Below are positions 50,655 through 61,252 of a DNA stretch of 64,000 nt, piece by piece; the first letter of the stretch is position 1, and every line of letters starts with the position of its first letter. The DNA comes from Octopus sinensis. Its lineage: Eukaryota. The stretch lies in assembly GCF_006345805.1 (NCBI RefSeq), contig NW_021836294.1:1-64000 (forward strand), in the 5' to 3' direction. Made by a program: the position numbers and the translations under genes. The notes under the pieces were generated by a model, which had not been told where the DNA came from, searched no databases, and saw nothing but the letters and a program-made list of their open reading frames with translations.

Positions 50655-50850
50655 GGTACTACAAGCGAACAGTGGTCCCGGTGCGCGCACTTGCGCGTCC
50701 TCGCTAGCTAGTTGTAAGTAGTCGATCCTACAATTTTTTTAACTAAGTAAATAAATTATTTTTATAAACAAACTAGGGTTAGGGTTAAAAAATTAGGGTT
50801 AGGTTTAGGGTTAAAAAGTCGTAGGATCGACTACTTACGATAGTAGTACC
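50655..50850. mobile_element. MITE-X1 (GGTAC termini, 9-bp TSD; Merlin- or Mutator-like)
   Basis: GGTACTA...TAGTACC; CACTTGTGC at 50646-50654 and 50851-50859; inner IR GTAAGTAGTCGATCCTAC / GTAGGATCGACTACTTAC around TTAGGG-like repeats. Confidence 0.85.
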
Positions 50851-51031
50851 CACTTGTGCCACGTACTTCCGGTACAAGCATCATAGACTGGACCCGGTTT
50901 GCGCACACGCGCGTCCGTGCTAGCCAGACGTAGGCAGTCGATCCTACGAGCTGACTGGCGCATGCACGATATATACGATATATATACTTGTATCGATATA
51001 TACGATATATACTTGTATACGATATATACAA

Positions 51032-52853
51032 TTCTGCAACAAAAATTGGATGGCGCTCACGACGGAAGATTAGCCCAAGCTATACGTGTTGTTATCTGTG
51101 ATTAGACGTTGAAATTTTGTTGTGTAAAGTGATTAATATCGCGCGAGGCGTTTGCCTCCACGTGTGGAAACCTTCCGAAGAAGGTGAATTGACCCTCTAG
51201 TCATGGCGACTTACGCGGGGGTCACGGGAAAGAAAAATAATGATTCGTCGATAATCGTGAAGGATGTTTTCTTTGAGAAGAGTAAACTCAAAGAATATGA
51301 AAAACTATTCAAAAGGGAGGGTGATAGCGTGAAGCTAATCCCCCCCCCCCCGCGAAAGCAAAAGAGGACAAAGAAAACAAGACTGTAACATATAGAACCC
51401 AAGACAAAAATACAAAGAAACTGGCAAGAGTGGAGATAGCAGAAATCGAAAAATGTCTGGGAGACATAATGGGGAAATCGACCTACGTGAGTAGAGGCAA
51501 GAAATTTGGTACGGTGGAGGTGAGATGTGCAACGGAAGAAATTGCAGCCTCACTGGCTACCACTGTACTAAGAGCGGAAACATTTATAATGTGGCCCTCA
51601 TACAAGGGAAGAAGAGGGGTCCGGGTTAAAATCCCGAATATACCCCCAGAAGTGAAAACAGAATGGCTGGCAACAGCTATTCTAGGAGCAGCAGAAGAGG
51701 AAGTGGAGGTGGAATCCTTTAAGGAGTCCAACGCGATAAACTGGAGAGGATATGGGGTAGAACTGTGTTTGATGGCCACAAAAGAGGACATTGAAAGGTT
51801 CCCCTACAGAATAGAAATTGAAGATGAGAAAACCCTCAGTGTAATTGTAGAGGGAAGAAAGCCAAACTGCTACTTGTGCGGGACAAGGGGGCACATTAAA
51901 AAAGAGTGCCCGTTATACGAATTCGTAGCGGAGTACGAGCAGGAACTTGAAGAAAAGAAGAATACTGTAAATGAAAAAGAAAACATAGAAAAGGAAACAA
52001 AACAACAAGAGAAAGGAAATAATAAGTCAATGAAGGAAAAAGAAATAAAAGAAAAGAAAGAAATAGAACCAAAACAGAGTCAGGAAAAAAAAAGGAAAAA
52101 GAAACAACAGGAAAAAAACAAGAGAGAGATCAGAATCAAACGAAAAGAAAAGATGGCACACAAAAAGAAAAAGAAAAGGAACATAAAACACGAGAGAAAG
52201 AGAGAACAGACAAAGAACCAAAAAGACAAGAGAAGGAAGAAGAAAGAAAAGAAGGCAAAAAGAGAGAAAGAGAGAAACAAAGAGAGGAGAACAAGGAAGA
52301 AATAAGCCCGAAAAGAAAAACGAGGAAAACGTAGGACGGAAACAAGATTACCGCTTCTACAAGTTAGTAACCTTCCATTTCTGCCCTGAAATGAAAGAAT
52401 TGACATGTAATACGGAGGGACATATATGGGTCAACAGGATGACCGATCAGTGGCAGGAGACTGCTCTAATCCCCGAAGAAAGAGTCGCTGAGTTCCTCAG
52501 AGCTGCCGGAGAGAGTGTAATATTTTACACGAGTGTTCGAGTGAGAGAGCGGCTGCCTGAGGGCTCAGTGATTGACTTTAGAGAATTGAAAGCTATTATG
52601 GAATACGTATAGAAGTGTGAGAAGAGAGAGAAGAAAGAAGAAAAAGAAAAAGAAAATTTTGTGAAATATATGACGAAAATGTAACCTCTCGATTCCGGGG
52701 ATCGAGTGGGCATTTACATCTCATTGTAAATATTCTTTCATATGTCATTTTTTACTTTTATTTTTTCCTTTTCTTGTCATTCGCTTTCTTATTTTAAGTT
52801 CCCCGATTGTATTGTCCCCTCTATGTTCGCCCCTTGTGGGTAATAATAAAATC
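51032..52853 (+). mobile_element. ORF1-only (half-LINE-like) Tx1-type retrotransposon, 1822 bp
   Basis: 13-bp TSD ACGATATATACAA at 51019-51031 and 52854-52866; ~170-bp 5' UTR, ORF1, short 3' UTR, tail GTCCCCTCTATGTTCGCCCCTTGTGGGTAATAATAAAATC; no EN/RT. Confidence 0.8.
51203..52612 (+). CDS. Gag-like ORF1p with CCHC knuckle, K/E-rich region and unassigned C-terminal domain; reconstructed ~470 aa across three single-base homopolymer frameshifts
   Basis: MATYAGVTG start; V-x-V-x-V-EGRKPNCYLCGTRGHIKKEC (CX2CX4HX4C) typical of Tx1/L1 ORF1; frames join if one base is added to C12 (51340-51351), A9 (52085-52093) and A5 (~52316-52320). Confidence 0.75.
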
Positions 52854-53286
52854 ACGATATATACAAGTATATATCGTATATATCGTGCATGCGCCAGTCA
52901 GCTCGTAGGATCGACTGCCTACGTCTGGCTAGCACGGACGCGCGTCTGCGCGTGTGCACAAACCGGGTCCAGTCTACGATACTAGTACCCGTACTTCCAT
53001 CTATCATTGAGCATTTTCTCCGACAGGCACCTCCTCTCCAGCCACACGAAGTATCTCTGAAGACCGAGGCCAGAGACGAAGCTGCCTGTCGTTATTCCTT
53101 TCATTCTCATCTTTTATACAGTCTCTTTCGCGATTTCTACTACTATGAGAAAACAATTCTTACCTTCGTTCGACAGGAAACCAGGTGGGTCAATTTTTTT
53201 AATTGATTCTGACGATAGCTGTACTCTTTCTGCACAAGACAACAGATGTTCCGCATAAGCCTCCGGCACCTCATAGCACTGAACGG

Positions 53287-54410
53287 TTTTGTTTCATTAT
53301 TGCCCTTAAAGGCGCACAAAGAGGGGGACAACACAATATGAACGGGGTCATATACAATCGTATGGGTTTAAAAATTTATGACAAATGATTAACGAATGGA
53401 ACGCAAAAAAAAAAAACATTTACATATACGAAAATAATACAATGAGGTATTAAAAACAGGTCAGCTTCGGCCCCACGAGCCCTGTCTTTAAAACCTATTT
53501 CTTTACTACCCACAACGGGCTAAACACAGAGGGGACAAACAAGGACAGACATAGGTATTAAGTCGATTATATCGACTCCAGTGCGTAACTGGTACTTAAT
53601 TTATCGACCCTGAAAGGATGAAAGGCAAAGTCGACCTCGGCGGAATTTGAACTCAGAACGTAGCGGCAGACGAAATACCTATTTCTTTACTACACACAAG
53701 GGGCTAAACACAGAGAGGACAAACAAGGACAGACAAACGGATTAAGTCGATTACATCGACCTCAGTGCGTAACTGGTACTTAATTTATCGACCCCGAAAG
53801 GATGAAAGGCAAAGTCGACCTCGGCGGAATTTGAACTCACAACGTAACGACAGACGAATTACGGCTACGCATTTCGCCCGGCGTGCTAACGTTTCTGCCA
53901 GCTTGCCCTGTCTTTAATACCGACACCTTGATAATCTTTCTGGCGTATTCACGCAGGGCCTTTCACTCTCAGCATACGTGCCACACGCGTCCATTTTTTT
54001 TTTAACGCACGCTTTGACAGGCACCTCCTTTCCAGACCCACCTTCATTTTAAGGTGAAAGGTAAAAACATTCACCAGGGCGAGGCCGGAGACGAAGCTGT
54101 CTGTCACAATCCCTTTTATCCTTGACTTCCATATCACCTCTAACGCAATTGCTATTACTACGAGAAAACAATTCCTTACCTTCTTCCGTAAGGAAATCCG
54201 TCGGGTTAATGTTTAGAATTGACTCGGGCGATAGCTGTACTCTTCTTCCATCTGACAACAGGTGTTCTGCGTAAACCCACACTTCTGAAATTCCCGGACA
54301 CTGAACACTAGCGTGCGGGACGGTTTCCCTATCCCGTCCGCATCATAGACAGATAGGTGACACACTCAAACAAAACCAAATAGTTCATTCCGCACAGGAC
54401 GAGTCCAAAT
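53287..54410 (-). pseudogene. Tx1-like LINE 3' fragment, copy 1 (ORF2 zinc finger and C-terminus, 3' UTR, tail)
   Basis: PVRNELF..VSPICL*CGRDRETVPHASVQCP..VWVYAEHLLS; IWKSRIKGIVTDSFVSGLALVNVFTFHLKMKVGLERRCLSKRALKKKWTRVARML; stop 53949-53951; tail 53287-53340. Confidence 0.85.
53492..53904 (-). mobile_element. SINE-A dimer inserted in the Tx1 3' UTR
   Basis: GCCCTGTCTTTAA at 53479-53491 and 53905-53917. Confidence 0.9.
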
Positions 54411-54824
54411 TTTCTAACACACTAAAGAAACAAAATACGAATTATTTCATTGTTAAACATGCAGGTGGCTGTTGTTAATAGAAATTTTAACTCTCCGGTT
54501 TCGAATCCCCGTAAAACTAAATATTATTTACCACATTTGATTTTACTTATGTTTGCAAAAAGGGATCACTCCAATAAATTTATTTAAAGTTTTAGGGCCC
54601 AAACTATTTAAGGATAGCAATGCTTAGTCTTGACTATTAATTCTGCCATGAAGGGAAATCATTATATATATATATAATTTAAATAATGAGGGTGATAAAT
54701 TGAATATTAATTCAATTAACATCAGTTTAAAACCAGTAGCCTAGTATATAGAAAAATCTGAAGATTAAGAAAAATTGTAATACATGCGTATAATTATTAT
54801 ACACATGTATATATATATATATAT

Positions 54825-54855
<31 letters not shown>

Positions 54856-54949
54856 TACATACATACATACGTACATATATATGTATATATATGTGTGTAT
54901 GTATGTATAATTATATAGAGAATCAAAACAATATATATATATATATATA

Positions 54950-55328
54950 CTCTTTTACTTGTTTCAGTCCTTTGACTGCGGCCATGCTGGAGCACTGCCT
55001 TTAGTCGAGCAAATCGACCTCAGGACTTATTCTTTGTAAGCCCAGTACTTATTCTATTGGTCTCTTTTGCCGAACCGCTAAGTGACGGCGACGTAAACAC
55101 ACCAGCATCGGTTGTCAAGCAATGCTAGGGGGACAAACACACACACACACACATATATACATATACATATATACGACGGGCTTCTTTTCAGTTTCCGTCT
55201 ACCAAATCCACTCACAAGGCTTTGGTCGGCCTGAGGCTATAGCAGAAGACACTTGCCCAAGGTGCCACGCAATGGGACTGAACCTGGAACTATGTGGCTG
55301 GTAAGCAAGCTACTTACCACACAGCCAC
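54950..55328 (-). mobile_element. SINE-B
   Basis: Near-complete consensus match. Confidence 0.9.
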
Positions 55329-55853
55329 ATATTTCGTTTTTGGATTTGGTTTGCAAGATTCTTTATATGAGTTCGTGTGTTGAAGCATATTCTGTTGTGT
55401 CTGGGGAGAGTCATTTTCTTTTTGTGCCTTATGATTTAACACACTCGCCGGTAAAATTTCCACTTATTTCTTATTTTTATTTTCCTAAAATTTTGGTTGC
55501 GTCTTGCAACCTTTTCAATAGTCTTGACTCTGTCCCTTATTTACACTGCGTTCCCTTTTGTTTGTTTGTGCGCATGTGTGTGGGTTAGTGTGTGTGTGTG
55601 CCTATGCATGCATGCACGTACGTATGTATGTATGTGTTGATGTGTGTATTTATGTATCCATGTGTGTGTATGTATATATGTATGCATATGTATGTATGTA
55701 TTCTGCATATTCATGTTCTTGTATGTCCGTATTTGTGTATTTGTTATGTGTGGTGTGTGTGTTAGCGTGTGTTTGTATATATGTGCACCTCTGTCTCCTT
55801 GTGTGTGCATGTGTGTTGTGCAACTATTATTATTATTATTATTATTATTATTA

Positions 55854-57695
55854 CAAACAAGGACAGACAGACGGATCAAGTTGACTATATCGACCCGAGT
55901 GCGTAACTGGTACTTTTTTAATCGACCCCGAAAGGATGATAGGCAAAGTCGACCTCGGCGGAATTTGAACTCAGAACGTAGCGGCAGACGAAATACCTAT
56001 TTCTTTACTACCCAGAAGGGGCTAAATATAGAGAGGACAGACAAGGACAGACAAAGGGATTAAGTCGATTATATCGACTCCAGTGCTAAACTGGTACTTT
56101 TTAAATCGACCCCGAAAGGATGATAGGCAAAGTCGACCTCGGCGGAATTTGAACTCAGAACGTAGCGGCAGACGAAATACCTATTTCTTTACTACCCAGA
56201 AGGGGCTAAATATAGAGAGGACAGACAAGGACAGACAAAGGGATTAAGTCGATTATATCGACTCCAGTGTGTAACTGGTACTTTTTAAATCGACCCCGAA
56301 GGGATAGGCAAAGTCGACCTCGGCGGAATTTGAACTCAGAACGTAGCGGCAGACGAAATACCTATTTCTTTACTACCCAGAAGGGGCTAAATATAGAGAG
56401 GACAGACAGGACAGACAAAGGGTTAAGTCGATTATATCGACTCCAGTGTGTAACTGGTACTTTTTAAATCGACCCCGAAAGGATGATAGGCAAAGTCGAC
56501 CTCGGCCGGAATTGAACTCAGAACGTAGCGGCAGACGAAATACCTATTTCTTTACTACCCAGAAGGGGCTAAATATAGAGAGGACAGACAAGGACAGACA
56601 AAGGGATTAAGTCGATTATATCGACTCCAGTGCTAAACTGGTACTTTTTAAATCGACCCCGAAAGGATGATAGGCAAGTCGACCTCGGCGGAATTTGAAC
56701 TCAGAACGTAGCGGCAGACGAAATACCTATTTCTTTACTACCCAGAAGGGGCTAAATATAGAGAGGACAGACAAGGACAGACAAAGGGATTAAGTCGATT
56801 ATATCGACTCCAGTGCTAAACTGGTACTTTTTAATCGACCCCGAAAGGATGATAGGCAAAGTCGACCTCGGCGGAATTTGAACTCAGAACGTAGCGGCAG
56901 ATGAAATACCTATTTCTTTACTACCCACAAGGGGCTAAATATAGAGAGGACAGACAAGGACAGACAAAGGGATTAAGTCGATTATATCGACTCCAGTGCT
57001 AAACTGGTACTTTTTAAATCGACCCCGAAAGGATGATAGGCAAAGTCGACCTCGGCGGAATTTGAACTCAGAACGTAGCGGCAGATGAAATACCTATTTC
57101 TTTACTACCCACAAGGGGCTAAATATAGAGAGGACAGACAAGGACAGACAAAGGGATTAAGTCGATTATATCGACTCCAGTGCTAAACTGGTACTTTTTA
57201 AATCGACCCCGAAAGGATGATAGGCAAAGTCGACCTCGGCGGAATTTGAACTCAGAACGTAGCGGCAGATGAAATACCTATTTCTTTACTACCCAGAAGG
57301 GGCTAAATATAGAGAGGACAGACAAGGACAGACAAAGGGATTAAGTCGATTATATCGACTCCAGTGCTAAACTGGTACTTTTTAAATCGACCCCGAAAGG
57401 ATGATAGGCAAAGTCGACCTCGGCGGAATTTGAACTCAGAACGTAGCGGCAGATGAAATACCTATTTCTTTACTACCCACAAGGGGCTAAATACAGAGAG
57501 GACAAACAAGGACAGACAAAGGGATTAAGTCGATTATATCGACCTCAGTGCGTAACTGGTACTTTTTTAATCGACCCCGAAAGGATGAAAGGCAAAGTCG
57601 ACCTCGGCGGAATTTGAACGCAGAACGTAACGGCAGACAAAATACTGCTAAGTATTTCGCCTGGCGTGCTAACGTTTCTGCCAGCTCGCCGCCTT
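55854..57695 (-). repeat. SINE-A-derived tandem array: one head + 10 units of ~183 bp
   Basis: Junction AAATACCTATTTC at 55991, 56175, 56356, 56538, 56721, 56904, 57088, 57272, 57456; head at 57641-57695. Confidence 0.95.
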
Positions 57696-57893
57696 GGAGT
57701 GCATTATTAATGTTTACAGTCCCTACCTATTATTGCCATTTCCCTTAATATGCCAATGCCAAGCTTTTGGTAATCCGTCATTCTGTTTGTGCAAATAATA
57801 AACAGAATAACAGACTCATTTCTCACCTACCATTACGTTTTCAGTTCAACATTTAGGACGATGTCATTTTTGTTTTCTTTTAATTTTACTACT

Positions 57894-58308
57894 ACTACTA
57901 CTACTACTACTACTATGGCAATCCCTCAAGGTCGAGGATGATGGTCTTCGCGCAAATTCATTGGTGAGTCCGCAGGTGACTGATAAGACCAATTCTTGCT
58001 CGAAAAGATCGGTCACAGTGCGGACATCTAGTGCCGAAAGGGAGAGTCGTACGTGGTGGTTGTTGGCGCTCCTTACGTCGTCGTCTTTTCTCCTCCAGCT
58101 CTGCAGACCTTTTCGACTCGAAATTCGCCGTTCCCTCATGGATGGTGGTCTTCCAGAGTGGTCTGTGTTTTGCCGTTTCCTCCCAGTTAGTGAAATCGAT
58201 GTCACACTTTTTGAGGTTCGTTTTCAGGGAGTCCTTGTAGCGTTTCTTCTGGCCTCTTTTTGTACGCTCGCCGTCTTTGAGTTGGGAGTAGAAGATCTGT
58301 TTGGGAAC
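57894..58308 (-). pseudogene. RTE/BovB-like LINE 3' end with C2H2 finger and (TAG)n tail
   Basis: PKQIFYSQLKDGERTKRGQKKRYKDSLK..WEETA..R..W....EG...FE..R..CPHCDRSFRARIGLISHLRTH*; TAATTTTACTACT at 57881-57893 and 58309-58321. Confidence 0.9.
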
Positions 58309-58431
58309 TAATTTTACTACTCGCTTGTACACAACGTTATAATCATTTGGTATTTTTAAGTTATCAATTAGTGCGTTCTTGTCATTTATTGCCATGGAGA
58401 CTGATACCAATCTTACTAATTAGTACTTCGT

Positions 58432-58765
58432 GTGAGGGCGCGTGGCTAAGTGGTTAGGGGCATTCGTCTCATGATCGTAAGGTTGTGAGTTCGATTCCCA
58501 GCGACGACGCGTTGTGTCCTTGAACAAAACACTTTATTTAACGTTGCTCCAGTCCACTCAGCTGCCAAAAAGGAGTAGTACCTGTATTTCAAAAGGGCCC
58601 AACCTTGTCACACTCTGCTTCACGCTGAATCTCCCTGAGAACTACGTTAAGGGTACACGTGTCTGTGGAGTGCTCAGCCACTTGCATGTTAATTTCACGA
58701 GCAAGCTGTTCCGTTGATCGTATCAGCTGGGATCCTCGTCGTCGTAGTCGACGGAGTGCTTCTAT
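58432..58765 (+). mobile_element. SINE-E (tRNA head, GTGTCCTTG..GCTCCAGTCCACTCAGCTG core, tail E)
   Basis: A-box TGGCTAAGTGG, B-box GAGTTCGATTCC. Confidence 0.85.
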
Positions 58766-58799
58766 ATAGTACTTCGTGCTCTATCTATATATTAAAGTT

Positions 58800-59145
58800 T
58801 CATAATACTGTTACATTGTAAAGCAGTGAGTTGACAGAACCGTTAGCATCCTTTCGGGGTCGATTAAAAAAGTACCATTTACGCACTGGGGTCGATGTAA
58901 TCGACTTAATTCGTTTGTCTGTTCTTGTTTTTCCTCACTGTGTTTAGCCCCTTGTGGGTAGTAAAGAAATAGAAATAGGTATTTCGTCCGTCTTGGCTTT
59001 CTGAATTGAAAATCCGTCGAGGTTGACTTTGCCTTTAATTCTCTGAAGTCGATAAAACAAGTACCAGTTGAGTTCTGAGGTCGACGTAATCGATTTTTCA
59101 CCTCCCCAGAAATTCGTAACCCTGGGCCAAAATTTGAAACCAATA
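58800..59145 (+). mobile_element. SINE-A mosaic: tail-2 unit joined to a degenerate tail-1 unit
   Basis: Junction GAAATAG|GTATTTCG at ~58979; ends CCAAAATTTGAAACC. Confidence 0.7.
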
Positions 59146-59365
59146 TTGTCATATGGTCATTTTTTGAAAAGCATTTTTTCTCGAATTTATTGAAATTTGC
59201 AGACGATGACTATACTGTGCAGTTATGCTTAGGTAACTTTGTTTCCAAGTAAATCTGTCCCAACTACTTATGAAATATTCTGATGCTCTGTAGTGTTTTG
59301 TCTCTAGAAATACTCCAAATGGACGATATTAGTTACTTAAACTGTCGGAAATGTAGATATAGCCG

Positions 59366-59682
59366 CGGGCCGACCAAAGCCTTGTGAGTGGATTTGGTAG
59401 ACGGAAACTGAAAGAAGCTCGTCGTATATATGTATGTATATATAATATATATGTGTGCGTGTGTGTTTGTGTGTCTGTGTTTGTCCCCCTAGCATTGCTT
59501 GACGACCGATGCTGGTGTGTTTATGTCCCCGTTACTTAGCGGTTCGGCAAAAGAGACCGATAGAATAAGTACTGGGCTTATAAAAAAGAATAAGTCCCGG
59601 GGTCGAGTTGCTCGGCTAAAGGCGGTGCTCCAGCATGGCCGCAGTCAAATGACTGAAACAAGTAAAAGAGTAAAGAGTAAAG
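59366..59682 (+). mobile_element. SINE-B, 5'-truncated
   Basis: Core and tail match. Confidence 0.85.
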
Positions 59683-59949
59683 AGATATCTTTCAATATTT
59701 CCGCGGATTATAGACTGTTTCTAAATCAAGTATGTTGGCCTTCTTACTTCTCCATTCACCCTGGATTTTTGTATCCACAACAGATTTTTTTCTATATAAA
59801 TACAGGGTACCTAATTCAATGAAATATAGGGCCTTGTAATGGTATACCTATATGGTTGTTCATTTTTGTTGCTAATTTAGTTTCCAGTTTCAAAATTTCT
59901 GATCCTTTAATCTTTCTCATATTCTGACATATTATAACTTTTTGTCCCT

Positions 59950-60613
59950 TCTCATAAGGGCCGGTTTCCCAGTTTCCTTGGCGTATAGGTTCCCCAACTG
60001 GACGGGACACCGGTCCTTCGCATGTGAGCTGCAAGATGTAGATGTAAAGAGTGAGAGAAAGTTGTGGCGAGAGTCAGCAGAAGTTTCGCCATTACCTTCT
60101 GCCGGAGCCGCGTGGAGCTTAGGAGTTTCGCTCATAAACCCACACATCGCCCAGTCTCAGATTCGAACCCGCGATCCCTCAACCGCTGTTCTAACCACTG
60201 ATGGAAGCACTCCGTCGGTTACGACGATGAGGGTTCCGGTTGATCCGAATCAACGGAACAGCCTGCTCGTGAAATTAACGTGTAAGTGGCTGAACACTCC
60301 ACAGACACGTGTACCCTTAACGTAGTTCTCGGGGATATTCAGCGTGACACAGAGAGTGACAAGTCCGGCCCCTTGAAATACAGGTACAACAGAAACAGGA
60401 AGTAAGAGTGAGAGAAAGTTGTGGTGAAAGAGTACAGCAGTGATCACCACCATCCCCTGCCGGAGCCTCGTGGAGCTTTAGGTGTTTTCGCTCAATAAAC
60501 ACTCACAACGCCCGATCTGGGAATCGAAACCGCGATCCTATGACGGCGAGTCCGCTGCCCTAACCACTGGGCCATTGCGCCTCCTTGTTCTAACCACTAG
60601 GCCATGTGCCTCC
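59950..60613 (-). mobile_element. SINE-D interrupted in its A-box region
   Basis: Head resumes at 60586-60613 after the nested insert. Confidence 0.8.
60200..60585 (-). mobile_element. Chimeric SINE: C/D-type head and body with E-type tail
   Basis: TGTTCTAACCACT at 60187-60199 and 60586-60598. Confidence 0.85.
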
Positions 60614-60649
60614 ACTATATTATGACTTGAATATACTAAATAATTATTA

Positions 60650-61069
60650 GATTCTTGTCAAAGAGTAAGATCTTGCGAGCGTTACTAATTTCTTAAGCTA
60701 TTTCGTGTCTTCTGTGAATTTTGTTTGGGGGTTTGTATCCAATATTTTGAACCAACTGATAACGATTGTTGCTCCCATTTCGAGGCCTAATTCCAGCTCT
60801 GATGTAAACGTTGATATTTCGTAAGATATTGCTTATCAACCTCATTTCTATTTTCGCTGGGTTTATTAATCTACATTTAGGGTTAGTTGCGAAGTCTACC
60901 TTGTGATCCTTTAAAGTGAGATAAGCCACATATTCAAACCTCTTATCTAAGTTAATCAACTCAGTTATGTGCTTGTCCTCCTCATAAGTTATTTCTGTGA
61001 TTATTAGTTGTTTTCTGAAGAAGAAGTTGTTATGTTTATTCTCCTCTGTTTCATAGAGGTTATTGGTCT

Positions 61070-61070
<1 letters not shown>
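60650..61070 (-). pseudogene. Penelope-like element reverse-transcriptase fragment
   Basis: AYLTLKDHKVDFATNPKCRLINPAK..ISNILRNIN..IR, then a frameshifted W....VISWFK; pattern recalled from Penelope-like RT N-terminal motifs, not searched. Confidence 0.7.
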
Positions 61071-61108
<38 letters not shown>

Positions 61109-61252
61109 ACGCATTATTCGAAGACCTAAACTTCATTACATCAACGTTACACTTACGAAAGATAATGTTTACTGTTAAGTAGAAGAGAATGGCTTTGGAG
61201 ACACGAGTTCCTATAATATTGTTCAGTGGCAAGGTATGGTTCTCGGTTTATA

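Larger units (their letters stand above)
50871..52989. mobile_element. MITE-X2, palindromic (~284 bp when empty), hosting the ORF1-only element
   Basis: GGTAC...GTACC; CGTACTTCC at 50862-50870 and 52990-52998; ~115-bp inverted arms. Confidence 0.85.
50390..53284 (-). pseudogene. Tx1-like (L1 clade) LINE 3' fragment, copy 2, interrupted by two MITEs
   Basis: 52999-53284 encodes AKETV*KMRMKGITTGSFVSGLGLQRYF..LERRCLSEKML; continues WKYVAQVLRV through 50851-50870 and 50654; 3' UTR and poly(A) at 50390-50600. Confidence 0.75.
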
